Shown here: positions 17,896 to 29,900 of the stretch, piece by piece
Numbering within the stretch: position 1 is the stretch's first letter
Layout: each line of letters begins with the position of its first letter
Assembly: GCA_965112735.1 (NCBI GenBank)
Contig: OZ218961.1
Location: forward strand, 310,001-374,000
Length of the DNA stretch: 64,000 nucleotides
Source: Phaeosaccion multiseriatum
Taxonomy: Eukaryota > Protista > Ochrophyta, other classes
Direction of reading: 5' to 3'
Position numbers and translations under genes: made by a program
The notes under the pieces: generated by a model
What the model saw: the letters and a program-made list of their open reading frames with translations, nothing else
What the model was told of the DNA's origin: nothing
Databases searched by the model: none

Positions 17896-19926
17896 AAAGT
17901 AGATGGAGGCTCTGCAGTGAGTGAACCACATGCAACTCTTGTCCATCGACAAGCTTTTGCATCCCAATCCAATGGGGCGGTAAGGACGGGAGAAGATGGC
18001 AGCAGACAGGACACCTTCGCGTCATCTACTCCGGTGGCCGTCTTGCGTGGGCCTGCTTTCAGCTCTCTCTCCAGTACTTTCTGTATGTCTCATCAAAGAG
18101 GATGGAAGGGAGAGGGGGAAGAGGGTTTACACAGTGCTTTACATTTGGTACCTCTCAGTTCCTCTCAATCTCTTACTTCACCCCCCCCCCGCTCTCTTTT
18201 CTCTCTCTCTCTCTCTATCTCTATCTCCCGACCTTCCTCTCTCTCTCTCCCTCCCCTCTTCCACCGCACTCACTCTGCCCCCCCCCCCACAGCTGGAGAC
18301 CCTGGCAGCGGAGAGGGAGGAGTACGTTGTGCAAGCAGCGGCCAATTGGGAGGAGTGGGGCCAGCAAATAGGAAACCTCGAAGACGAATTCAAGCTTCTC
18401 AAGGTTAGGGAGGGAGGGAGGGAGGGAGCGAAGTGAAGAAATCAGAAAAAGAAGACGGGCTGACACACTACCATCCATTTCTTCTAAATACTGTCAAAAA
18501 AACCCGCACCGGCACTCTGTCTGTTATGTCAACAAAACGGAGCAGGGGCGCATGCTAAACGATACCCTTGAGGTGGATGAAGACGCCAAGATTAAGGTGG
18601 TGACGAGCGTACTTGATGTGTGCGATAACTTCGCAAGGGCCAACCAGGTGAGTGAGGGAGGGATGGATGGAGGGACGGAGGGAGGGAGGGAGCAGGGAGG
18701 CAGGCAGGGAGGGAGGCAGGGAGGGAGGGAGCAGGGAGGGGGGGAGGGAGGGAGGGAGGGCGGGCGGGGGGGAGGAAGGAAGAAGGGGGGAGGGAGGCAG
18801 GGAGGGGGGGAGGGAGGGAGGGAGGGAGGGAGGGGGGGAGGGTACCTCAGGGCCAATGAGGTCAGGGAGTCTATTGTGTGGAGCAGGGGGAGAGGGGTCA
18901 GGGGCAGGGGTATTGATCAGAGGTATAGAGAGAGAGGGGCAGGGCCGTCAGTACTTCCCAGTTGTTGTCTGTCAGTCTGTCAGTCTGTCAGTCTGTTAGT
19001 CTTGTTTGTCTGTCTTCTTGTCTGTCTCTCTGGTTTGTTGGTCTGTCTCGCCCTGACTATTTGTTTTCCTCTCTCTCTGTGTGTCTCCTTCCCTCCCTCC
19101 CTCCCTCCCTCCCTCCCCTCCTTCTTGATGGATGGATTGATTGATTGATGTATCGGGGGTGTACTTTCTACTACACAGGCCATCAAGCCCAAGGACGAGA
19201 CCGAGGAGAAGATCGTAACGTACTACAGAGCTATCTACGACAAGATTCTCGGGGATGTCTTCAAGGAGCTCGGGGTGGACGGCGTAGATACAGTTGGCGT
19301 ACCCTTCGATTACAACATGCACAACGCCGTCATGCGCCAGCCTTCTGAAGAGCACGAGGAGGACACTGTGAGTGGCGGGAGAGAAGGGAGGGGAGGGAGG
19401 GAGGGAGGGGAAGAATGGAGGGGGGCAGGGATCGGAGGGAAGGAGCAAGGAGACACACACCTGTGCTGGGAGGAAGGCGGATGGGAGAAAGTACCGCTTG
19501 GTCCATTGGGAGGGTGGTTGATTGGCTGGTGGGTGGGTTGGTGGATTGGTAGGTTGGTGGGTTCGTCTGACCTTGCCGCTCCATCGTCTTCCATTTGGGC
19601 AGAACTCCTCCAGAGATTGCTAGCGTACGTTGTATCGAAGTAATTGCTAGCGTACGTTGTCTCGAAGTACAACGCATTAACGCGCGAGAGGCGAGACCCC
19701 TTCCTTGCTGCGGGTGGGTGCTACTTCGATTGTATTTCTCATCTCTCTCTCTTTCTCCCTCTCTCTCTCCTCTCTCTCTCTCGATCTCCCGATCTCTGTC
19801 TCTGTCTCTTGTGTATCCATCAACCTCTCGTCCCTCTCATCTAAGGTCATGTCGGAAATGGCCCCAGGCTTCCGCATGGGGGAAAGGGTCATCAGACCTG
19901 CCATGGTGGTAGTGAGCGCGGGATGA
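17055..19926 (+). CDS. grpE: GrpE nucleotide exchange factor, probably plastid-targeted (exons 17055-17531, 18293-18403, 18546-18647, 19179-19367, 19846-19926)
   Basis: VLDVCDNFARA, VGVPFDYNMHNAV and GFRMGERVIRPAMVVVS motifs. Bipartite presequence: signal peptide ending CQG, then F and a Ser/Pro/Ala-rich transit peptide. Confidence 0.92.
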
Positions 19927-20844
19927 CGAGGGAGGCTAGAGGCTATCGGGTACCGGGTGTCAGGTGGACCAGGTGCAACGATGTATCAGGTGTCTGGACG
20001 GAACGACGGGAGGGTCGGGGGTAGTGGTCTGCGGGTGGGTGAGTGAGGAGGAGAGAGGTGGACGGTCGATGTAACGGGTCCACTCTGCTCATCCGTTCAC
20101 ATGCATGGGCACGCAGTCGGGGTTTGGGGGGATGGAGACCCAATAAGGAGTTATTGAGGGGGGGGGGGGGGGGATGAAAGAGGGGTAGTGGCGGTGAGAG
20201 AGGCATAGAGAGAGAAATCGGGACAGAGAGAGGGGCAGAGAGAGAGAGAGAGAGAAATTACGGTATGATGCGGATAGGACCATTCCCAGGGGGGCGGGTG
20301 CCCTGATGTAGAGGCGTATGGGGCAAAGGATGCCGTATCTTACTGTCGTAGTAGTAGTGGTTGGGTTGATTGGGTGGTACGGATGGCAGAGGCAGGCTAT
20401 CCTTTCGCCCCCCCCATGAATTAATTTAACTAACGAAGACGTACCGAAATGAATGTTAAAGTGTGAGAGAGTGAACGAGAGCATATCAAAATTCCTTTCA
20501 ACTCGCTACCAGGTCGTCTATCCAGCTACCTTCCACTGGCCCACGCTTACTGGTTGCCTGGGCCTCTCCCCCAATAGGGCAGGCCACTAAAAGAATAGAA
20601 TGTCCTTCTCTTGATTGGCGAGAAGAGGTGAGACGTTGACAACTGTGACTCCGAACTCGGGGTGGTGGCCGTTTCTTTTTTGTAACCGCTCCTTCTTGGA
20701 ACGAAAATAACGGCCGCAACTGCCCCTGGTATTCGCATTTCAAGGGGCAGCACTCTTGGCACTTGCCCACCAAGGGTAGCGAGCTCGCCAAAGACAAGCA
20801 CGCAGACCATAGTTGAGTTAACCATATACGTTTGCAGCAATAAG

Positions 20845-22085
20845 ATGATGGGCATTCGGCATCATGAACCGCACGAGCAGCACCATCACCAGCACCAGCA
20901 GCAGGAGGAGCAGCAGCAACGGGGGGCCTCAGCTCGAATACTGGCCGCTCTCTTAATGCTGCGTTCACCAGCACGGTCCAAGAGCAGAGTGGTGGCGCCT
21001 GCTTCTAAGAAGAAAACGGAGGAAAGGCTAAGGGCAGCGGGGTGGGGCGCAGGAGGCCAGCAAGAAAGAGGAATGCAGTGCTCTACCCCTGATGGAGGTG
21101 GAACAAGGCAACGAGGCTCAGGGAGGGGAGAAGAGCACGGGCACAAGAATGCTGCGCAGCAGCAGCGAGCCCCTTCTATATTCTTCCCCCCTTTCCCCCC
21201 CTCGCAGTCCAGTAGTGCTCCCCACTACAACGAAACGGGGGCGGCAACGACGATGAAGACTCCTCCTACTGCCGCTACTGCGAAGTCACCCTCCTCCGGC
21301 GGTACGGGTGGCGCTCGTGGTTTCTGGGCGGCAGCAGGGGGAGGTCTCAGATCAGCCCCCTCCGCTTGGGGGGGGGGTTCTCGCCCTTCAAGTGCTACGC
21401 GGGGGAAAATTGGCCATTCCCCCGCCTACTACCGTAGGGGCTCCGAATCTGACACAGGAGGAGGAAGCAGGAGTGGTACTGGCTGCGACGGCGGCCACGA
21501 CAGTACCGGCAGTACCGCTAGGATCAGCGGGAGCAGCGGCATGAGCCCGAGCCCCAGTCCTAACACTGCCGACTACGAGGTGGACTTGCCCTCGGGGCCT
21601 GCCCGAGAGAGAAGGGAAATCGAGGAAGAGTGGGCGTTCTGCTCCTCCTGTTCCTCCTGTTCCTCCTGCTCTTCCTCCTCCTCTGCCTCCTCCTCCTCGT
21701 CCTATGCTATGAACGATGACGACGAAGTAGACGGGTTGGGCATGACCCAGACCGACAACAATGAGCAACGCGACAACCAAGCCCAAGCATGGCCCAGCAG
21801 GATCAACAGGAGAAGCAGCCTCCGGAGGAGTATGGAATACCCTCGCCGGTACTTCTGCCATCCCTTTCAGCAGCATCATCATAACCATCACCACGACCGC
21901 CACGGCTTTGCGTCTGCCGTCGATGGTCCGCCCGACCCAGGCTCAGTTCCAACAACGCCGGTCGATTACCACCGCCCTCGGCCGTCGCCCCTTTGGCGAG
22001 CGACAGACGAGACTTTGACATCACTTGTCTGGTGTCGCTGCAGCAAAGAAGAGGAGATGGAAGAGTTGGAGGTGGAGGACCTGGA

Positions 22086-22125
<40 letters not shown>

Positions 22126-22440
22126 GAGGAGGAGGAGAAGGAACTTAATGGTCACAACCTCGGGTGCCCCCCGACGAGCCCCCACTACTGCGAAGAAGAG
22201 GAGGCACAACAGTTACGCAGGGCGAGGAACAGTCGAAACACGGTAGCCAAACTCATGGCCGAGCAGCGGCAGCGGCAGACGGCGAGGTTGGAACGAGAGC
22301 GACTACTCCGGAGCGAGTCTCACTGTGACGACAACAACAACAACAATCGCTCGGAGTCCGCGTGTGACTGCGAGGCCAGCCCCACTAGTTTCCGTCGCTC
22401 CGACCCGAGGCATCAGAAATGCTTTCCCCTCTGCCTGTGA
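20845..22440 (+). CDS. Hypothetical low-complexity/disordered protein (531 aa, single ORF)
   Basis: Long ATG-initiated ORF with poly-Q/E/S/N tracts like the other proteins here and a C-terminal predicted helix (RNTVAKLMAEQRQRQTARLERERLL). No domain recognised. Confidence 0.5.
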
Positions 22441-23411
22441 GGCGTGATTGTAAACCAAACAATGGGGCAGCACCCCCCCTACCCCCCTGGGGCACTTGCA
22501 GTCAGTTCTGCATGGGTCATCATCGCTAACCGTCGCCCCGCTGGGTCGCTGGGAGCAAGGTATAGCCGACCGCTTACACGCCACAAATTGAGCTATCGCT
22601 ACCTCCAGCGTCAGACGGCACACTACCAGCTATTGTCGGCCTGCTACCACAAGGGATCGGGCAGAGGTATATGGGCAGAAGGGGGGGGGGGGAAGGGCCG
22701 GCGCCAGCGGGCAAGTTATCAGTTTGTAACGCGTGCCAATGGCGTAGCTTTTGAGACATGTGGAATAGTGTGGCAACGGGTCGAGGATAGCTATCGTAGT
22801 CGTCAGTGCTTTCCTTCGGCCACACACACACACACATGAATGAATATCTCTATAAGTCAATAAAATTATACTTCCTCTGGCCCATAGACCTCCAAATTTC
22901 TCCCTGACTTATATATGCATTTTTCTTCTCCCCCCCTTCTCCTTTGTACGAGGCTCTTCAAAGAGCTACTTGCTATCGATCAGGCCAAGAACGCCACAAC
23001 AACACACTCCTGAGACTCTGAAGACATTTAAATCTCTCTCCGATCTCTTCCCTGCCCGCTTTGATACCTAATCCCTCCTCTTTCACTCCATTTTCCGTAC
23101 TCCCATGTGTCCCAAAGGAGAGGAGAGAGGAGAGGAGCATGGGAGGTAGAGATGGGCGACCTTTAGTTTCCTCTTCTTCCTGCTCTGTTGCAGCGAACGA
23201 CCTTCCCCTCTCAGTCCGTGTGTCTTGGTGCTCTTCGCAGACATTCCGCGACAATGCAGTGGAATTGAACATTGGCACAAAGCAAGGCCGGTGGCAGTTG
23301 AAAAGTGGGGGACTTCGTGTCACCACCACCGCAAGAGCGACAGGATCCGACAGGATATCCTGACAGCCCTAGACAGTAGCAGCTTGGTGCTCAGCAGCAG
23401 CAGCAGCAGCC

Positions 23412-23880
23412 ATGCGTGCCTTTGACCTGATGACCGCGCCACTAAAGAGCATGCTCACGAGAGCTCTTCAGGAGCAGCTCAGCAAGTACATTCAGGGCAT
23501 CGAGTTGGAAGGTGAGATATGCCAAAGTATGGCACACCAACTCCGGGACGATAAACTGACACATCCTATCCTATACACCTTCATTCATTCATGACTCTGT
23601 ACATCCATCCCTTCATTGATTATCCGCTCTACACCTTCATTCATGACTCTATACATCCATCCTTTCATTGATTACCCGCTCTTTTTGCTGTCCCTTCTTA
23701 TCTGCTCTTCCTCCCCCTCCTCCTCCCCCCCCCCCCTCCTCCTCCTCCTCCTCCTTCTTCTTCTTCTTCTTCTTCTTCTTCTTCTTCTTCTCTTCCTCCT
23801 CCTCCCCCTCCCCCTCCTCCTTCTCCTTCTCCCCCCCCCCTCCTCCTCCTACTTCCTCTACTACTTCTACAACAACAATA

Positions 23881-23917
<37 letters not shown>

Positions 23918-26900
23918 TTACTACTATTACTACTACCCCTCCTCCTCCTGCTCGTCTACCTCCTCCTCCCCCCCTTCCTTTGCTTAGGCCTGGGCCTGCT
24001 GCTGGGTGGCGATTTGGTTCTCCACAACCTCGAGTTACGTAAGGACGTGCTGCAGGAGAGTTTGCGCGTCCCCACGCACTTTGACTTCTCCCGGGGGTTC
24101 ATCAAGGTGAGCCAATCCAGCCATGCCCAGACGCTTGCAATGCCCATACGCCTCTTGCTTTCCCTCTTGTTCGCCTCTCACCCTCTCTTCTCTCCCAATG
24201 TCCCTTGTAACCGTTGGAAGTCTCTCTCTCCTCTCTATAAATAGCCCTCGTATTTCGCCCTCTCTCTCTCTCTCTCTTTGTCCCTCCCATCCCCACTCTC
24301 TCTCTCTCTTTTGCAATCGATTTGAACCCCACCCCGGGTCTTTCCCCTACCCCCTTCCTCAACACCATCACCATCCCCTGCCCTCCCCACACAATCATCG
24401 AAATACGACTGTCCATGTGACCCTGTATGTACTTACAAACCCCCCTTCTCACCACCCCCAGGAGCTGCGCATCCACATCCCGTGGACACGGCTGCAGAGC
24501 CGCCCTATCGAGATTCGGTTCCACACCATTGAGCTGATCATGACTCCGACGACGGTGCATGCCAGCAGGTGAGAGGCATATGGGCAGGCCTGGCCGGAAG
24601 GGAGACAGAGCGGCAGATAGAAGGCGCAGACGAAGATACGGCTCTTCTGTGGTTGCATGGGTGGGAAATCCCCCTCCCAAGGGGGGGAGTGAAGAACAGG
24701 CCAATGGGTTGGGCTGAGTAGCCGCCGCTCCCTTTGCCAATGTTTGCTTTGATACGGTTGTTTGTAGTCTCCCTACTACTAAAAGTAATACTACCTCTCC
24801 TATTTGCCTTCCTCTAACCTTTCGATGCTCCTCCTCCTCCTCCTACTCCTACTCCTACTCCTACTCCTCCTCCTCCTCCTCCTCCTCCTCCTCCTCCTCC
24901 TCCCCCCTCTCTCAGTGCTCCTGATGCCTCCCCCGGCGCCCCCGCAGGCCAGCAGCAACCTCACCCTCCACCGCAACCACCACCCCTCTCCACTCGTTCC
25001 CGCTCGTCTTCAATCTGGACTGGTAAGTCGTCGGAACAACCCTCACAGCCTCAGACCTCGTCAGCCGCCGCCGGAGGAGGTGGGAGAGGAGGAGGGGCAG
25101 GGCAGCAGCAGCAGCAGCAGGTGAGGCTCTTTTGCGTACGGGCATATGGGGCGTTTCTGAACGATTACGTAATCTTGTCTTGTTTAGTGCAAATGCCTCT
25201 CTTCCCTATCATAGTCGGGGGTCTCACAGCTTTCGGCGGTTGTGGAAAGTAGCAAAACGTGGTCTTCTGCTCTCCTATCCTTCTCTCTGTCTCAGTGTGC
25301 CCCCCCCCCCCACTCCCTGTCTCAGTCTTTTCTAATCTCTGTTTCCCTCCCCCCCCCTCTCTCTCTCTACCTCTCTCTCCATCTTCATCTCTATTCCCTC
25401 TTTCTCTCCCCGCGTCCTCTTCTCCCCCCAGTCCTCTGCCGGCATGCACGTGTGGATGCAAGCGCTGCTGACCAAGGCCCTGGCCAATGCTTCTGTAACC
25501 GTCACTAACGTCATCTTCAAGCTCGAGGATAACGACATTGTTCTGTCGGCCTCGCTCAAGGTATGTTCCGCAGCCAGTGGAGAGAGAATTAGAGGCATAT
25601 GGGGAGGAGGATTCTTCCCCCCTCCTGTCCCCCCTTCTTCTCTCCCTGAGTCCCTCCTCCCCTTTCTCCTCCTAAACCTCCCCTCTCCTTCCCTATCCTT
25701 CGCGCTCTCCCCCCTCCCCCTGCCCATATACCCTCCTATGTCAATGAATTTCCCTCGCAATGACATGAAACGAACGAGAAAAGTCTCTGCACGTTTTCAC
25801 AGCAAGTCCCTCGGTAGAGTTGGGCACCCCCCTGGGCTCCACCCCACTCGGGATAGCAAGCGATGGCAGCGGATGGATGCCTGCCTACGCCACACTCGAA
25901 GACCCTTTCGGCTTGCTGTACAAAGTCGTAAAGCTTGGTGATCTGACCGTATGTCTCGACAGATACAGCAGTAGCACTACCACCACGACCGGAAGCAGCA
26001 GTAGCAGCAGCGACAGAAGTAGAGGCTGGAGAGGCGGGAGCAGAGGCGGGCGCGACTCAGTCGGGGGTGGAGGTGGTGATACAGCAACAACAGCAGCCGC
26101 CAGGCCCAGGGGTGAGGGCTCTCGGAAGCGGGTTCAGATCTTCGAGGTGAGTTGAGGAGGAAGAAGGAGAGGAAGGAGGGAAGGAGGAGAGGAAAGAGGA
26201 AGGAATGAAGGAAGGAAGGTATGAAGGAAGGAAGGAAGGTTTGAAGGAAGGAAGGAAGGAAGGAAGGTATGAAGGAAGGAAGGAAGGAAGGAAGGAAGGA
26301 AGGAAGGGAAGAAAGAACTGACAGGGGCACACATTTCACATTTCACACAGGCCCATGGGGTCCGAGAGAATTGAAATTGGAACTGAATGCGCCTTTTCTT
26401 CTCCCCTCCCCTCCCCTCCCCTCCCGTCCCAAAGGTCCCCTTGCTCAGCAGGGCGTCTCTGGAGGCCAGGGCCCTGCTCAACGTGTGGATGCTCTTCCCA
26501 AGCTCCAACGACAAGTTCGGCTTAAGCGCCGCTGCAGCAGGAGCAGCAGCAGCAGCCGCCGGTGACAGAGAGAGGCGTGGCTCTCTTCACTCCTCCTCCT
26601 CCTCCTCCAACGCCAACTGTGATGCCAATCATTTCCGCCGCCGGGGCTCCGGTTCTTGGACCGGCATGGATGGCAGTGGAAGGCACAACAACAGCACTAC
26701 GAATCCTGCGAGTAATGTGGGTGGGAGCGCAAGCATATGGGGCCGAATGCCCCTCCTCTGCCCGGCGCAAATGATCCGCAGCGGCTGGGCACGCGTCAAG
26801 GGGGCAAGCGGGATGGAAACAGAGGGAGATGGGGCGGGTGGGATGGCAGCTAATGGTGGCTGTGGCCACAGAGGTGAGCAAGGGAGTTTCCGAGTCGAGG

Positions 26901-29900
26901 ATATGTCACCCTTTTACGACGGTGCGGAGGCGTGGCAGCGGCAAGGAGAACCTTTGAAGGTTGATGAGTGGGAGAGCGGGGGGCCATCTGCTGCCATCGG
27001 ACAGGCGTGGAGCAAGGAGGTGACCATGCCCGTTCCGACCATAACCTTCGACGTTAAAGTACACAACTTTGACTTTTTACTGAGGTGAGGGAAGGAAGGA
27101 AGGAAGGAAGGAAGGAAGGAAGGAAGAGGCAATGGGGGGGGGGGGGGCGTCTCGGGCAGGAAGAAGGGAACGGAACATCAATGTTAGAGGCGTATGGGGA
27201 GAGAGGGGACGCATCTACATCATTGGTATGGGCGCACAAGGGGATGGGGGAAGGAGACTGTCTGAACCGAGAGGAGACTTTTCCTGTTCCCCCGGTAGCA
27301 CAGCTCTCACACTCTTCCTCGACTCGGAAACTCTCCCTCCTCCTCCTCCTGCTCCTCCTCCTCCTCCTCTCGTCTCCTTCAGTGTATCGCAGCTGCAACT
27401 CTTGGTGGAACTTAGTGAACGCCTCAAGGAGAGAGCCTACCCGTCCATCGCTGCCACGAGCAGCGAGTTCGAAACCTGGCGAGCGTTTCAGGACTCGGCG
27501 TATCCGGCGACGACGAGGGCCAACAGCATCAGCTCTCTTGCAGGCGGGAGAGGCTCTTCTTCTCACGCCGCATCACCAACTGCTGCAGCTGGTGGTGCTG
27601 CTTCCTCATCGTCCTCTTCCTCCGCGGCAGCCGCTGCGCCAGGGGGTTACTTGTCGGGGTGGATTCCGCGTTGGCTTGGTGGGGGGGGCGCTTATCACAA
27701 CATGGAGGAGGAAGAGGAGGACTTCGACTACGAAGGTTATGAGGATGATGACGATGACGATGAGGATGAGTACGGCAGGGGTGGGGGGGCGAGCAGCTAT
27801 GGGGCAGGCACGAGTCATATGGGAGGGGAGGAAGATGGCAGTGGACGGCACAGCGGTGCACTACTCGCAGCACCAGAGGAGTTTTACCTTGCTTCTTTGA
27901 CCATCGGGAGCCTCTCGCTGACACTCGTAACGGCTCATGAGGAGGAGGAGGACGAGGACGAGGACGAGGAGGAAGGGGGGGGGGCGGGTGCAGTTGATGG
28001 GGAGGAAGAGGAGAGTGAGGGTTTCCGAGTTGAGGAGGAGGGCGAGGTTAGGCCCTGGTCTGGAAGGAACAGGACTCGTTCTTCTCGGCGTAGGATGGCC
28101 ACGGACACCCCGACCAAGCATGGCAAGCGTCTCGGGCTGGGCTCTGGAGGAGGAGGAAGAGGAGGCCCACTCAGGGCGCCTGACGACGACGACGAGGAGG
28201 AGGAGGACACAACAAGGTTTGGCGACGATGCGGTCTCCGTCATGTCCGTGCCAGTGGCGGGGATGGGCAACGTGCTGGTCGAGATTGGGCCTCTGGCGAC
28301 CCCCAGCACTCCGCACCGCAAGGTGGCTCGTAAGGCGGTGCAACTCTTGAAGCTTCGTATTGATAGCGTCTCAGCCGATGTGCAGGTGCGTCACCCGGTC
28401 CCGTGTTGTTAGGTGCATCACCTGGTCCCGTGTGTGTATGTGTCTGTGTGATGTGTGTGTCTGTGTGATGCGTGTGTGTATGTATGTGTTTGTGTGTGTG
28501 TGTGTGAGGGAGGGAGGAAGGGAGGGAGCGAGGGCGTGAGTGAGTGAGTGCTTGAGTTTTAAATTAAGTTTGTGTATGAGGGAGTGAGTATGTGAGGGAG
28601 TTAGTGAGTGCTTACGTGTGTGAGTGAGTAAGTGAGTGAGTGAGGGAGTGAGTGATGGAGTTAGCGAGTGAGTGAGTGAGTGAGGGAGGGAGGGAGTTAG
28701 CGAGTGGGTAAGTCTCTGACGCGACCCCTTTGGTTTTGGCTGGGCGTAAATTGTGTGTGTGTGTATGTGCGTGTGCGTTGTTTTTTGCATCCCGTCAGGC
28801 TCTTGTATGGACGGACGAAGGGGGCCGATCTGGCCACGCCCTAGACTGCCATCTGCAAGTGGCGGCCATCGCCCTCGATCACAGAACCGTACCCTTTGTT
28901 CTGTGGGGAAATGCCGATGGAATTACCGACGAGATTACCGGTGCTGAGGCTGCAACGGCAGCAACAGCAGCAGCAGGAGGCGGAAGAGGAGGAGGAAGGA
29001 TGGCCGGGGATGGGGGGGAGGGGGACGGTTTCCGAGTCGAGAGGGAGAGCGCCGCAGCCATGCTGCAGAGAAGGTTTCCAGAGCTCGTGGGCATGACCGA
29101 TCCTGACTCCGAGTCGGATTACAGAGGAGGCGACGACCTCACCTCTCCTGGATCACCAACTGCTGGGGGTAGGAGAAGCAGGCCTGCCCCTCAGCTGAGA
29201 GATGGGGTCGACTTGGGTGCCAGCGCCCCTGCGGCCTTGGGGGGATATGCAACTTCAGGAGTTGGTGATACCACAGCTGCAGCTCGCGACGGCGGTGGTG
29301 GGGATGGTGTAGAGGCAGAGGAGGCTGATGAAGACGGGTTGTTCGGAGATGACCCTGGACGTCAGAGCGGAAACCTCCCAACGCTCCCCCCGGGGTTGCT
29401 CAGTCAGAGGCATACGGGGCGGAGAAGGGGCAAGGACCGCGCCATTCAGGTGCGCTTTCTGCGGCTTCAAACACACGAGACAGAGGAGGAGGGAGGCTTC
29501 CGAGTCGAGGAGGAGGAGGAGGACGAGGGGGAGGGGGGCGCGGCGGCGGCGGAGGAGGAGGAAGGCAAGAGAGAAGGAAGACCACTAGCGGGTACCGGTG
29601 TCGGAAAGAAGGCCGGCAGCGGCAGTAGCCTTGGTCAAGGTAAAGGCCAGGCTTCTTCCTCCTCTTTCTCCTCTCCGGCAACTCCGAGGCAGGACACTGG
29701 GGGCGGTGCACTCATGTGTCTCGGAGCTAGTGCGGCCGCTCTGCAGCAGCAGTTGGTGATACAACAGCAGCAGCAGCAGTTGGTGATACAGCAGGAGCCC
29801 CTGCCGGTGGCGTGGCGTAAGAGCGTGCAGCATTGGTATGAAGCAAGCCTTGGGCCTCTTGATGTGCGGCTGAGCAGCACTGTGCTTCAAGGGCTTGAAG

